From Candidatus Nealsonbacteria bacterium (lineage in GTDB: Bacteria; Patescibacteriota; Minisyncoccia; Minisyncoccales; MHMH01), in assembly GCA_016181965.1 (NCBI GenBank), contig JACOYH010000007.1, positions 7,110 through 71,109 on the forward strand: a stretch of DNA of 64,000 bases, in the 5' to 3' direction. The position numbers were made by a program, and so were the translations under genes. The notes under the pieces are model-generated. The model was not told the origin of the DNA. It saw only the letters and a list, made by a program, of their open reading frames with translations, and made no database searches. Positions 6,585 to 15,278 of this stretch are shown here, piece after piece (the stretch's first letter is position 1; each line of letters starts with the position of its first letter).

Positions 6585-7588
6585 TGATTGATCATTCTTA
6601 GATAATTATCTATATATTTCTCGTTAGAAAAATTTTCTTTGATAATTTCGCGCCCCTTCTGTCCCATTTCAATCGCCAGTTTTTCGTCGTTCAGCAGGAT
6701 TCGCAGCTTTTCAGCCAGCTCTTTTGAATTAGCAACTTCAAATAAAAAGCCGGTCTGCCCGTCTTTCACTAAGTCAGGAATGCCTCCAACATTGCTTGCC
6801 ACTACCGGCTTTCCAAGCGCCATCGCCTCCAGAATTACCCTCGGCAACCCCTCGGTTATGGAGGGCACAACCAAACAATAGCAGTCCTTCATTTTTTTCC
6901 TTGTTTCTTCTAACGGCAATTTCCCAGCAGGCAGCCCTTCGCCCACCATCACAAGCTCAAAGCCAGGGAAATCGGACCTGATAAGTTCATAGGCCTCCTC
7001 AAGATATTTTATACCCTTAACCACGTCTTTCCTGCCGACAAAAAGAATATATTTTTGAAAACTGGTGTTTTCTTCTTTTAAAAAATCATCTAAATCGGTA
7101 AAAGTTGGGAAAAGATAATATGCTTTATCCGGAGATATTTTTTTCGCTTTCGCTATAAGATAATTGGCCACTCCCCTAACCTTATCGGCGTTCTTTAAAG
7201 AAATTGGCGCTATTTTTGATAGATTCTTCTTAAAACCCCAGTCGCCGTGCAATTCGACGATTAATTCCTTGCCAAGTATCTTCTTTAAGATTGTCCCAAC
7301 TAAGCCCTCGACAAGCGGCCCTTGGCAAACGACCGTATCCATTTTTTTTGTCAGGCAAATCCAAAAAGCGGCAACAAAAGCCAATGGCCAGTAAAAAATT
7401 CCCGCTGGCAATAGCAAAAAATCCGCGCCCCATTTTCTCTGGCTGCAAAATCCTCCCTTGGCAAGCACGTAAGGCGCAATTCCCTTTGACAGGCCTGCCT
7501 GCGCAGACAGGCCTTCGAACTTTTTTTGCAAATGCAAATCGCTCGCCAAATTGTATTTAGTTACTCCAAGAAATAAAACTTTTTTCAT
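6581..7588 (-). CDS. glycosyltransferase family 1 (GT4-type)
   Basis: VVPSITEGLPRVILEAMALGKPVVASNVGGIPDLV. The ORF-track start at 7603 is TTG; the ATG at 7588 gives MKKVLFLGV. Confidence 0.8.
   Translation of the reverse strand: MKKVLFLGVTKYNLASDLHLQKKFEGLSAQAGLSKGIAPYVLAKGGFCSQRKWGADFLLLPAGIFYWPLAFVAAFWICLTKKMDTVVCQGPLVEGLVGTILKKILGKELIVELHGDWGFKKNLSKIAPISLKNADKVRGVANYLIAKAKKISPDKAYYLFPTFTDLDDFLKEENTSFQKYILFVGRKDVVKGIKYLEEAYELIRSDFPGFELVMVGEGLPAGKLPLEETRKKMKDCYCLVVPSITEGLPRVILEAMALGKPVVASNVGGIPDLVKDGQTGFLFEVANSKELAEKLRILLNDEKLAIEMGQKGREIIKENFSNEKYIDNYLRMINQ
7491..7514. repeat. 24-nt near-perfect palindrome inside a GT4 gene
   Basis: aggcctgcctgc gcagacaggcct with one mismatched pair, encoding GLSAQAGLS. 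Confidence 0.7.
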
Positions 7589-8627
7589 GTTCTTTAACAA
7601 CATCGTTCCAAGTATAATTCATGGGGATTTTCTTTATTTTCTCAACATAATCCGCGTAATTTTTCTCATCCAAAAGATATAAAATCTTTCTCTCTAAATC
7701 AGCCCCGTCTCTCGGATCTATTAAAATCAAACTATTTCCAACGGTATCCAGGCCGGTTTCTTTAGTCAGCAAAACTGGCTTTCCCATGGCCAGACATTCC
7801 AAAGCAAAATTGGGGGTAATTTCGGTGAGCGAGGGCAGTACGCAAATATAACTTCTGCCCATCTCTGCCATTAATTCTTGATGTGGCAGAGGAGACGCAA
7901 AAGTTACCTTGTCATATTTTATTAGATTTGTTTTTTCCGGCCCTTCGCCGATTATTTTGAGCGTTAACGGTTTGTCTGTTTTTGACAAGACATTATAGAA
8001 TACTTTGATTAAAAATTCCAGGTTCTTCAGTTTCAAAAGCCGCCCCGCGTATAGAATCTTGTAGTTTTCTGGCGTCGTTTGCAAAGGCGCTTCTTTGGCC
8101 TCGGGAAAGGGATTTTTTATGATGACTGTTTTCTCTGGCCTAAAGCCGTAATGTTTAAAATATATTTGCCGCTGAAAATCGCTTGTAAAAATTATTTTGT
8201 CGGTACTCTTGAGGATTTTTCCGATAATAAACATCGTTAACCTTTCTCGCAACGTTTTTACGGAACTCTCGTAGTATTCCCGTAAAGTTTGTTCGATTCT
8301 GCCTTGCTCCACCGCTCTTTCCCACAAAAAGTCGCCGCCGAGCCGTATGAAAAATCGTTTTCTCAAGATTTTACCGCAAAAGCAGGCGGGTATGCCGCAG
8401 CTTATGGCATTAAAAGCATAAATGGCATCCGCCCCCAAAGACGCTTTCAGGAGATTAGCGACATAGCAGGCAATTCTTAATGGCTGAGGAATTTTTCTAA
8501 GGTTGCCGTAAGAAACAACGGTTGTAGAAATTCCCCTGCCCTCAAATCCTTGCTTGAGTTTTTGGGCATATGTTGCCGGGCCCCCAATATCTGGCGGGTA
8601 AATTGGCGTGGCTAAAACAATTTTCAT
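7557..8627 (-). CDS. glycosyltransferase family 1 (GT4-type)
   Basis: MKIVLATPIYPPDIGGPATY... and VLPSLTEITPNFALECLAMGKPVLL. Confidence 0.8.
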   Translation of the reverse strand: MKIVLATPIYPPDIGGPATYAQKLKQGFEGRGISTTVVSYGNLRKIPQPLRIACYVANLLKASLGADAIYAFNAISCGIPACFCGKILRKRFFIRLGGDFLWERAVEQGRIEQTLREYYESSVKTLRERLTMFIIGKILKSTDKIIFTSDFQRQIYFKHYGFRPEKTVIIKNPFPEAKEAPLQTTPENYKILYAGRLLKLKNLEFLIKVFYNVLSKTDKPLTLKIIGEGPEKTNLIKYDKVTFASPLPHQELMAEMGRSYICVLPSLTEITPNFALECLAMGKPVLLTKETGLDTVGNSLILIDPRDGADLERKILYLLDEKNYADYVEKIKKIPMNYTWNDVVKEHEKSFISWSN

Positions 8628-9709
8628 CTTTTTACTTTTTGATAAATATCATATACCCTATTGGCGATATTTTGCCAGTTATATTTTGGCAAGACATTTT
8701 TTGCATTTTCAACCAGCATTTTGGCAAAATCAGGGTTGGATTGAATCTTGAATAAGGCCTCGCTAATTTGGCCAACATTGCCCGGCTCAACCAAAAGGCC
8801 GGTTTTCTGGTCTTCAATCAAGTCCAAAATACCTCCTACCCCGCTGGCAACAACCGGCAAGCCAGCGGCCTGCGCTTCCAAAACAACAATGCCAAAACCC
8901 TCTTGAATAGAGGGCAGAACAAAACAGTCGGCCATTGCCAAGTAAAAAGGAATTTTTTCATTGGGAATTTCTCCGAGAAATTCCACGCTATCTTCTGATT
9001 TTAATTGTTTAACTAAATTCTCAAGGTCCTTTCGCCTACTACCATCGCCGATAACCATTAACTCACTTGGTTGACACCTGGTGTCAACCAACGCTCTTAT
9101 TAAATATTCCACTCCCTTGACTTTTTCTAATCGGGCCACCGTAATGACAATAAACTTCTCGCGGGGCTGTCTCTTGATGTTTTCAAATCTCGATAGGTCC
9201 ACTCCGTTGGGAATAACTGCAACCTTTTTTACACCTATGTCTTCAAAATTTTTCTTGACGGCCGAAGAAGCGGCAATACAAAAAGCGGCTTTTCTGTAAA
9301 TAAAATTTTTCAAAGGATTTCTTTTCTTTTCGAGCCGTTGAACGGTAGTAATATAGGGAACTCTTGTTACGACAGAGAGGCAAAAACCCAGAAAGCTGCT
9401 TAGAAAACCTTGGCAGTGTAAAATATCAATTTTCTCTTGCCGCATTAAAATTAATGATTTCAGGAAAATACAGGGCAATAGGGAAACGGTATAGATTTTA
9501 GGGGAACGCGACAAATCAGATAAGGTAAAAAACGAAGTCCGGAAAATGCGCAATCCGCCTGCGGCCTCCTTGTTGGGCCGATTCTTTACCCTGCCTGTCA
9601 CCACGAAAACCTCGGCTTTTTTGGAAACATTCTCGGCAATATTGCGGGTCCATGTCTCAATGCCTCCAACAACCGGATAATAATGAAGCGCCGGCATCAA
9701 TATTTTCAT
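8624..9709 (-). CDS. glycosyltransferase family 1 (GT4-type)
   Basis: MKILMPALHYYPVVGGIETW... and VLPSIQEGFGIVVLEAQAAGLPVVASGVGG. Carries palindrome P2 copy 1. Confidence 0.85.
   Translation of the reverse strand: MKILMPALHYYPVVGGIETWTRNIAENVSKKAEVFVVTGRVKNRPNKEAAGGLRIFRTSFFTLSDLSRSPKIYTVSLLPCIFLKSLILMRQEKIDILHCQGFLSSFLGFCLSVVTRVPYITTVQRLEKKRNPLKNFIYRKAAFCIAASSAVKKNFEDIGVKKVAVIPNGVDLSRFENIKRQPREKFIVITVARLEKVKGVEYLIRALVDTRCQPSELMVIGDGSRRKDLENLVKQLKSEDSVEFLGEIPNEKIPFYLAMADCFVLPSIQEGFGIVVLEAQAAGLPVVASGVGGILDLIEDQKTGLLVEPGNVGQISEALFKIQSNPDFAKMLVENAKNVLPKYNWQNIANRVYDIYQKVKR
9067..9091. repeat. Palindrome family P2, copy 1, in-frame inside a GT4 gene
   Basis: TTGGTTGACACC t GGTGTCAACCAA, 12-bp perfect arms, encoding VDTRCQPS on the minus strand. 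Confidence 0.85.
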
Positions 9710-10824
9710 AAGATGGTTATTGCCTTTTTTACGGCATTGATAATTCTTTTGGCATCTTTTTCGGAATAATGGTTCTGCAAAGGAATATTAATTATCCTTT
9801 TTGCCGCCTCGAATGTGTTGGGTAAATCCTCTTGATTTAAGGCAATGGGCGTATGCCATATTCTGGTGCAGAAAACCCCGTATTTTCTTAACCGTTTAAC
9901 AATTTCATCGCGTTTTTGGGTCATTTCCTTGGGCGCCAAAACCGAGAGATAGCAAAAGACATTCCCCTCTCCCTCCTGCACGCCAAACCCCAGCGCCTTT
10001 AATTCGGCCTGTAAAATGAGAGCCAGCTTTCTCCTGTTTTCCAAAGATTTTTCGGCATCTTCAAAAAAATTGGCAAACAGATTAAGCGAGGCGTTGTTTA
10101 TGCCCCCGATTTCATCGAGCTTTTCTTTTCTTAGTATTTTGGGGGCAATATCAGAACCAAATTTTTTAAACAAAAAAGATAAAGGAGCAAAATAGTTTAA
10201 AAAAGAAATAAAATCGCGGAAATTAAATTTGGTGGCAGGCAAATTAACTTGCCAGTCGCTTGGGCAGACAGCCATGCCGCCCCGTAGGGCCGGAAACTGC
10301 TTATATAAACTAAAAAAGGAAACATCGCCCAAATTGCCGGCAAAGACCCCATTCTTTTTTGCAAAAAAGGCATGAGCGCAATCCTCGATGATTATAAGGC
10401 GATGGTTCAATCCCCGTAATTGTTTTCTCAATGCTTCAATATCAAAAAGCAAACCATAGGTGTGGCAAACTAAAATTGACTTCGTGTTGGGCGTAATCTT
10501 GTTTTGAATATCTTCTGTTTTGATGTGAAAGGTCTTTAGGTCAATATCTAAAAATATCGGCTTAATTTTGTAATGAGTTAAAATGGGCTGGAAAATATCG
10601 CAAATATAAGCGGGGATAAGCATTTCGGAATTCTGCAAGCCCTTCTTTTCGATGACCAACTTGAAAGCCGACCTCCCCATATCGGTAAAAACAAATTGCT
10701 TGTTCGGCATATAAACAGAAAGCTTCTCGGTGATTTTGGCTCGGTTGGGGCGGCCAAACAAAGACAGCTTTGCCTTAACAATGCTGGTTAACTTTATTTG
10801 CGGATGAACGAAATAAAAATGCAT
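9706..10824 (-). CDS. DegT/DnrJ/EryC1/StrS-family PLP sugar aminotransferase
   Basis: ...LIPAYICDIFQPI...ILVCHTYGL...IIEDCAHAFFAK...GDVSFFSLYKQFP (candidate PLP-lysine). Confidence 0.75.
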   Translation of the reverse strand: MHFYFVHPQIKLTSIVKAKLSLFGRPNRAKITEKLSVYMPNKQFVFTDMGRSAFKLVIEKKGLQNSEMLIPAYICDIFQPILTHYKIKPIFLDIDLKTFHIKTEDIQNKITPNTKSILVCHTYGLLFDIEALRKQLRGLNHRLIIIEDCAHAFFAKKNGVFAGNLGDVSFFSLYKQFPALRGGMAVCPSDWQVNLPATKFNFRDFISFLNYFAPLSFLFKKFGSDIAPKILRKEKLDEIGGINNASLNLFANFFEDAEKSLENRRKLALILQAELKALGFGVQEGEGNVFCYLSVLAPKEMTQKRDEIVKRLRKYGVFCTRIWHTPIALNQEDLPNTFEAAKRIINIPLQNHYSEKDAKRIINAVKKAITIL

Positions 10825-10942
10825 ATTTATAGCTTATATTTAAGCAAACGCGGCGACAAAATCTTTATCAGATCTATTGGCATAAAAACCCACAAATCCC
10901 TCAAAAAACTTTTTTTCAGCCGCGACTCGCTAGAATAGTTTC

Positions 10943-11752
10943 TCAATTCAAAAATAGGATATGTTTTTGCTCCCCAGCGTCTCTTGAAGTCGCCCAGAGT
11001 ACCAAGGAATGAGCGCCCTGTTTTTTATCTGATTTCTTAAAACCGCACAAAAAAGAATGCGCTATTTTATCGTAAAAAAGAAAGACATTACCCCCAATGA
11101 CGCCGCTTCTATTTTTTACCACCATGACCTCGGCTTGCTGATTTTGCAGAAAGAAACTGAAAAAAGAGAAAGGATAGGGCAGGGCCTTATGCTGTCTCAG
11201 GTTTTGAACATAGAGATCGTACAACGTCTTCAATTCGCTGATGCTTTGACACTTTGACACTGCAAAATCCTGTTCTTGAGCCGACTTTATTGAGCGATGG
11301 CGGTTCCTGTCTAATGTATCCCAAATTTCGGAGTCGGACAATGTATCTAAATTCTCAAAAAAGAAGGTCTCCCTTTCTGCTTCAGCCAGGGGCAGATTAT
11401 CAAAGTAATTAAAAATCATCGGATGAAAACTGATTTTAAAAGGCGTGTCTCTAAAATACTGCAGCACATCATCTGCAAACTTCTTGCCGTCGACCTTGTC
11501 TGCCAAAGGCAACGGCCCCCCATATTCGCAGAAGGGATGAGAAACGAGTTTTTCTCTCGCCCCTATTTTAACTCTCGCTAAGCTTAATAGGGCCTGATTA
11601 TTCCAAATGTAACGCTCGAATTTCAGCCATTTGAATTCTCGCTCTAAAAACTCCTCCCATTCCAATAAATGAAAAAAAGTCCTGAAAAAGACCTTATCTA
11701 ATAATTTTTGCCATTCTTCCCTATTTTTGATTTGCAAGAATTTGTTTTCCAT
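10943..11752 (-). CDS. FemAB/BioF2-like GNAT-fold transferase, apparently frameshifted; the C-terminus continues in another frame to 10827
   Basis: The ORF ends ...GAHSLVLWATSRDAGEQKHILFLN*. The -1 frame from ~10995 reads ...GDFKRRWGAKTYPIFELRNYSSESRLKKSFLRDLWVFMPIDLIKILSPRLLKYKL* and stops at 10827-10829, 2 nt before the DegT ATG. Confidence 0.6.
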   Translation of the reverse strand: MENKFLQIKNREEWQKLLDKVFFRTFFHLLEWEEFLEREFKWLKFERYIWNNQALLSLARVKIGAREKLVSHPFCEYGGPLPLADKVDGKKFADDVLQYFRDTPFKISFHPMIFNYFDNLPLAEAERETFFFENLDTLSDSEIWDTLDRNRHRSIKSAQEQDFAVSKCQSISELKTLYDLYVQNLRQHKALPYPFSFFSFFLQNQQAEVMVVKNRSGVIGGNVFLFYDKIAHSFLCGFKKSDKKQGAHSLVLWATSRDAGEQKHILFLN

Positions 11753-12455
11753 TTTGGAATTGATAGCCCGCCTTTTTTAATATCTTGAGAATCTCGTCCA
11801 GTTTTTTGAGATATCGTGGGCTTGAAGCGTCCCACGAATGCATACTCAAGGTTATAAACATGGGCTTATGGATAATGAACAGTGTTTTATAAACCAAAAT
11901 GGGTAATTTGGCAACCCACGCGGCGGCCAAGGGAATGCCTAAAATCTGCCCCGCATTTGGAATCTCCAAAATTTTTTTGCCTTTCGGATAATAAGGCAAG
12001 AGCGGCGCCTTTCCCCTGTATCCGCGATATTTTTTAAACGGCGGATAATGCGGCACGATGCTGGAGTCATATAAGAAGCCCTTTTCCTCCAGCAGTTTGA
12101 TGCCGTCGTCGTCAATCACGTGCGAAGGCGCGCGGAATCCGATCGGCTCTTTTTGAAAAACATCTTTATAGAGTGCAATGAAATCAGCCAGCTCTTTTGT
12201 TCTTTGTTCATGATTCAAAGTATTCCAGAAACGATGCGTGTAGCTGTGGCAGGCAATTTCGTGGTTCCTGCCCCAGCTGGCAACCTGCTCCCGATATTTT
12301 TCCAGCGCCTCGCCGGTAACAAAAAGCGTGGCCGGAGATTCGTATTTGTTAAAAATATCAAGGATTTTATTTGTCAGTCCGACCTCGCCGCGAATATCAT
12401 ATTCAACATCAATAGAAACAAAACATGCTTTATTTTTGAGCATGGATATCATCAA
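11721..12455 (-). CDS. polysaccharide deacetylase (CE4 family)
   Basis: CFVSIDVEYD...ATLFVTGEALEKY...HEIACHSYTHRFW...GFRAPSH. Confidence 0.8.
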   Translation of the reverse strand: MMISMLKNKACFVSIDVEYDIRGEVGLTNKILDIFNKYESPATLFVTGEALEKYREQVASWGRNHEIACHSYTHRFWNTLNHEQRTKELADFIALYKDVFQKEPIGFRAPSHVIDDDGIKLLEEKGFLYDSSIVPHYPPFKKYRGYRGKAPLLPYYPKGKKILEIPNAGQILGIPLAAAWVAKLPILVYKTLFIIHKPMFITLSMHSWDASSPRYLKKLDEILKILKKAGYQFQNGKQILANQK

Positions 12456-13404
12456 TGATTTCCCCCAAACTTTGTTCTAGGGTTTTCTTTGGCTTGTAGC
12501 CAATGGCTTTTTTAATTTTGGTGAGGTCGGGCTTTCTTTTCATCATGTCTTCGAAGCCCGGGCCATAGATCTTGTTATAAGAAGCGAACAAAATTTTTGA
12601 CTTGCTGTGGGTTAATGTTTTCACCTTATCCGCTAAATTTTTAATGCTTATTTCTTCATCCGAGCCCAAGTTAAAAATTTGGCCGTAGGTTTTCGGGGTA
12701 TCAATTAATTTAACCAGCGCTCCGACAACGTCCTCAATATTGCCAAAACATCTTGTTTGCGAACCATCGCCAAAAACCGTAATGGGCTGGCCGGAAATTG
12801 CTTGTTCGACAAATCTTGGGACTACCATGCCATATACGCCGGTCTGCCGGGGGCCTATGACATTAAAAAGACGAACGGTTACCACGGGCAGTTTTTTCTC
12901 GCGAAAATAAGCCAAAGCCAAAAATTCATCAACTCCCTTGGACATGCCATATCCCCAGCGGGCGTTGTAGGCAGAACCATAAATTCTGTCGGAATCCTCG
13001 CTAAAAGGAATGTTGGTATTTTTGCCGTACACCTCGGAAGTCGATGTAAATAAGACCGGAGTCCTGCGATTAGCCGCGGCCTCAAAAACCACTTCCGCCC
13101 CTAAGAGGTTATTTAAAAGCGACTCCAGCGGTTTTTCCATAATGTTTTTTACGCCAACGGCAGCAGCCAAATGGTAAACTCGGTCGGCTTTGGCAACCAA
13201 TTTCTCAAGTTTCTTTTTTTCGGTGACAGAGCCCTTGATAAAATGAAAATTACTGTTCTTCTTTAGATGACTGATGTTCTTGAGTGAACCGGTGGACAAA
13301 TCATCGAGCACAAAAACATCCTCCCCTAAAGAAAGAAGTTTTTCTGCCAGATGAGAACCGATAAATCCGGCGCCGCCGGTGATTAATATATTTTTTTTAG
13401 CCAT
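12430..13404 (-). CDS. NAD-dependent sugar epimerase/dehydratase (extended SDR; UDP-glucuronate decarboxylase-like)
   Basis: ILITGGAGFIGSHL; the YGMSKGVDE Y-x3-K motif. Confidence 0.8.
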   Translation of the reverse strand: MAKKNILITGGAGFIGSHLAEKLLSLGEDVFVLDDLSTGSLKNISHLKKNSNFHFIKGSVTEKKKLEKLVAKADRVYHLAAAVGVKNIMEKPLESLLNNLLGAEVVFEAAANRRTPVLFTSTSEVYGKNTNIPFSEDSDRIYGSAYNARWGYGMSKGVDEFLALAYFREKKLPVVTVRLFNVIGPRQTGVYGMVVPRFVEQAISGQPITVFGDGSQTRCFGNIEDVVGALVKLIDTPKTYGQIFNLGSDEEISIKNLADKVKTLTHSKSKILFASYNKIYGPGFEDMMKRKPDLTKIKKAIGYKPKKTLEQSLGEIIDDIHAQK

Positions 13405-14302
13405 TTTCTGCTTCTAAAAGCTGTTTTATACCGTCTTGCAGTTCGATTTGCGCCTGCCATCCTAGAAGCTCTCTCGCCTTAGTGGCATCGGCCAAAGTAT
13501 CTCGCATTTCGCCGGGCCTATCTGCAATATGAATCGACTCGCCGCCGATCATCTCGGCAATTTCATTAACACTGTGATTTTCGCCAGCTCCTATATTAAT
13601 AACATCTCCTTTGCCAACTTTATCTGATTCCATAGCTAAAACATTTGCGCGGGCCACATCGAAAACATGAGTAAAATCGCGCGTCTGTCCGCCGTCGCCG
13701 GTAATAGTCATTGGTTGGCCTGCTTTTTTCTGCGTTAGAAATACGCCGATGACCGGCGTGTAAGCGCCCTCTCTCGGCTGCCGAGGGCCATAAACATTAA
13801 AATATCTTAAAGAAACGGTGGGTACGCCGTAAATACTTGTGGCAATTTTGCAGTAAAGTTCGCCGACATATTTTTGCAAAGCGTACGGGTTTAACGGATT
13901 GCAAAGGCCGTCTTCTCGCATGGGCAAGGTCGCATTGCCCCCCAAAGCCGACGATGACGAGGCATAGATTACTTTCTTTACTTTGGCATCTCTGGCGGCC
14001 AGCAAAACATGCACCGTGGCTTTAATATTAATATCGTTGGTCTCGATCGGCTTTTCGATGGAAAGCGGAATTCTTGGCAAAGCCGCCTCATGGAAAACAA
14101 AGTCAACGCCCTCAAAAATCGGCTTTATTTTTTCGAAATTAAGCAAATCCTCCTCAAAGAAAATTGCTTTACTGTTGAGGTTTTCCCGCCTGCCCGTGCT
14201 CAAATTGTCAATCACGAGCACTTCGTGCCCTTTTGCAATCAGGGCGTCAACCAAATTTGAACCGATAAAACCGGCGCCGCCGGTTACTAGACATCTTGCC
14301 AT
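13397..14302 (-). CDS. NAD-dependent sugar epimerase (extended SDR; UDP-glucose 4-epimerase-like)
   Basis: CLVTGGAGFIGSNL; the YALQKYVGE Y-x3-K motif. Confidence 0.8.
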   Translation of the reverse strand: MARCLVTGGAGFIGSNLVDALIAKGHEVLVIDNLSTGRRENLNSKAIFFEEDLLNFEKIKPIFEGVDFVFHEAALPRIPLSIEKPIETNDINIKATVHVLLAARDAKVKKVIYASSSSALGGNATLPMREDGLCNPLNPYALQKYVGELYCKIATSIYGVPTVSLRYFNVYGPRQPREGAYTPVIGVFLTQKKAGQPMTITGDGGQTRDFTHVFDVARANVLAMESDKVGKGDVINIGAGENHSVNEIAEMIGGESIHIADRPGEMRDTLADATKARELLGWQAQIELQDGIKQLLEAENG

Positions 14303-14303
14303 A

Positions 14304-15140
14304 TTAAAATTGGCTCCGAATACCTTTCTTCTCGGGGTCTTCTATGCCTTGCTGTCTCATCAAATCTTCGTTGATGGCTTCAGCCATCTTGTGAAGCCGC
14401 AAATCAACTCCCCTTGAATCAGCCAACTGAATCAAGGCCCTAATGTCTTTTGGCAGACACTTGCCGCCATATCCTCTATAGCCCTTGTGGAAAATATTAA
14501 GGTGAGTCCGGCCAATTCTTTTATCGGCAGCCGCTCCCTCGACCATTCTGTCATAGTTCACGCCGAGCTTCTGGCACAAATCATACATTTGGTTGGCAAA
14601 ACTGACCTTAACGGCAAACCATGAATTGCCAAAATATTTTATCACTTCGGCTTCAGTAGCCGGCAGAGTCCTTTCGAAGGGAGCCAATGGTAAAAGTTGC
14701 ATGACATCCCCGGCGACCGTCTGGCTTTGCGCGGTATAGCCCACAATTTGCCTGTCGGGATAAAGCATATCCTGGTCGGCAGTTTCTTCCGTCAAAAACT
14801 CCGGATTCATCATAAGCTTGTGCTGGGGATATTTTTGCTGAATCATTTCGGTGGTGCCGGGCATGATAGTGGACTTGACAACCACCACCTTTTCTCCCTG
14901 CAGCATACCCATTGTTTCTTCCACATAGGATAAATCAAAACCCTTGCCATCCTTCAAATATGGAGTCGGCACGCAGACGAAAACAATCTCTGCCTTATTA
15001 ACCTCTTCGGGCGAGCCAAGGTTTTTGCCTTTATCGTATAAGAAAAGCTCAACACCTTCTTTTTTATCAAAATAGCGCTGGAGAGCACCTCCCACCATTC
15101 CAGTGCCAACGATGCCTATTTTAGTGAATCGTTTGAACAT
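14304..15140 (-). CDS. UDP-glucose/GDP-mannose dehydrogenase-family protein (short form)
   Basis: N-terminal KIGIVGTGMVGGA Rossmann motif; GGKCLPKD resembles the catalytic-Cys motif of UGDH. Confidence 0.65.
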   Translation of the reverse strand: MFKRFTKIGIVGTGMVGGALQRYFDKKEGVELFLYDKGKNLGSPEEVNKAEIVFVCVPTPYLKDGKGFDLSYVEETMGMLQGEKVVVVKSTIMPGTTEMIQQKYPQHKLMMNPEFLTEETADQDMLYPDRQIVGYTAQSQTVAGDVMQLLPLAPFERTLPATEAEVIKYFGNSWFAVKVSFANQMYDLCQKLGVNYDRMVEGAAADKRIGRTHLNIFHKGYRGYGGKCLPKDIRALIQLADSRGVDLRLHKMAEAINEDLMRQQGIEDPEKKGIRSQF

Positions 15141-15278
15141 AGAAGTGATTTATTAATAAATTATTAAGCTTGTTTAATTGAAACCTATAATCTATTATAT
15201 ACAGAAAGGAGAAAATCTGTCAATTTACCTGCCCCGTTAGAAATTACCAAATTAATGGGGCAATAAGCGGAAATTACT

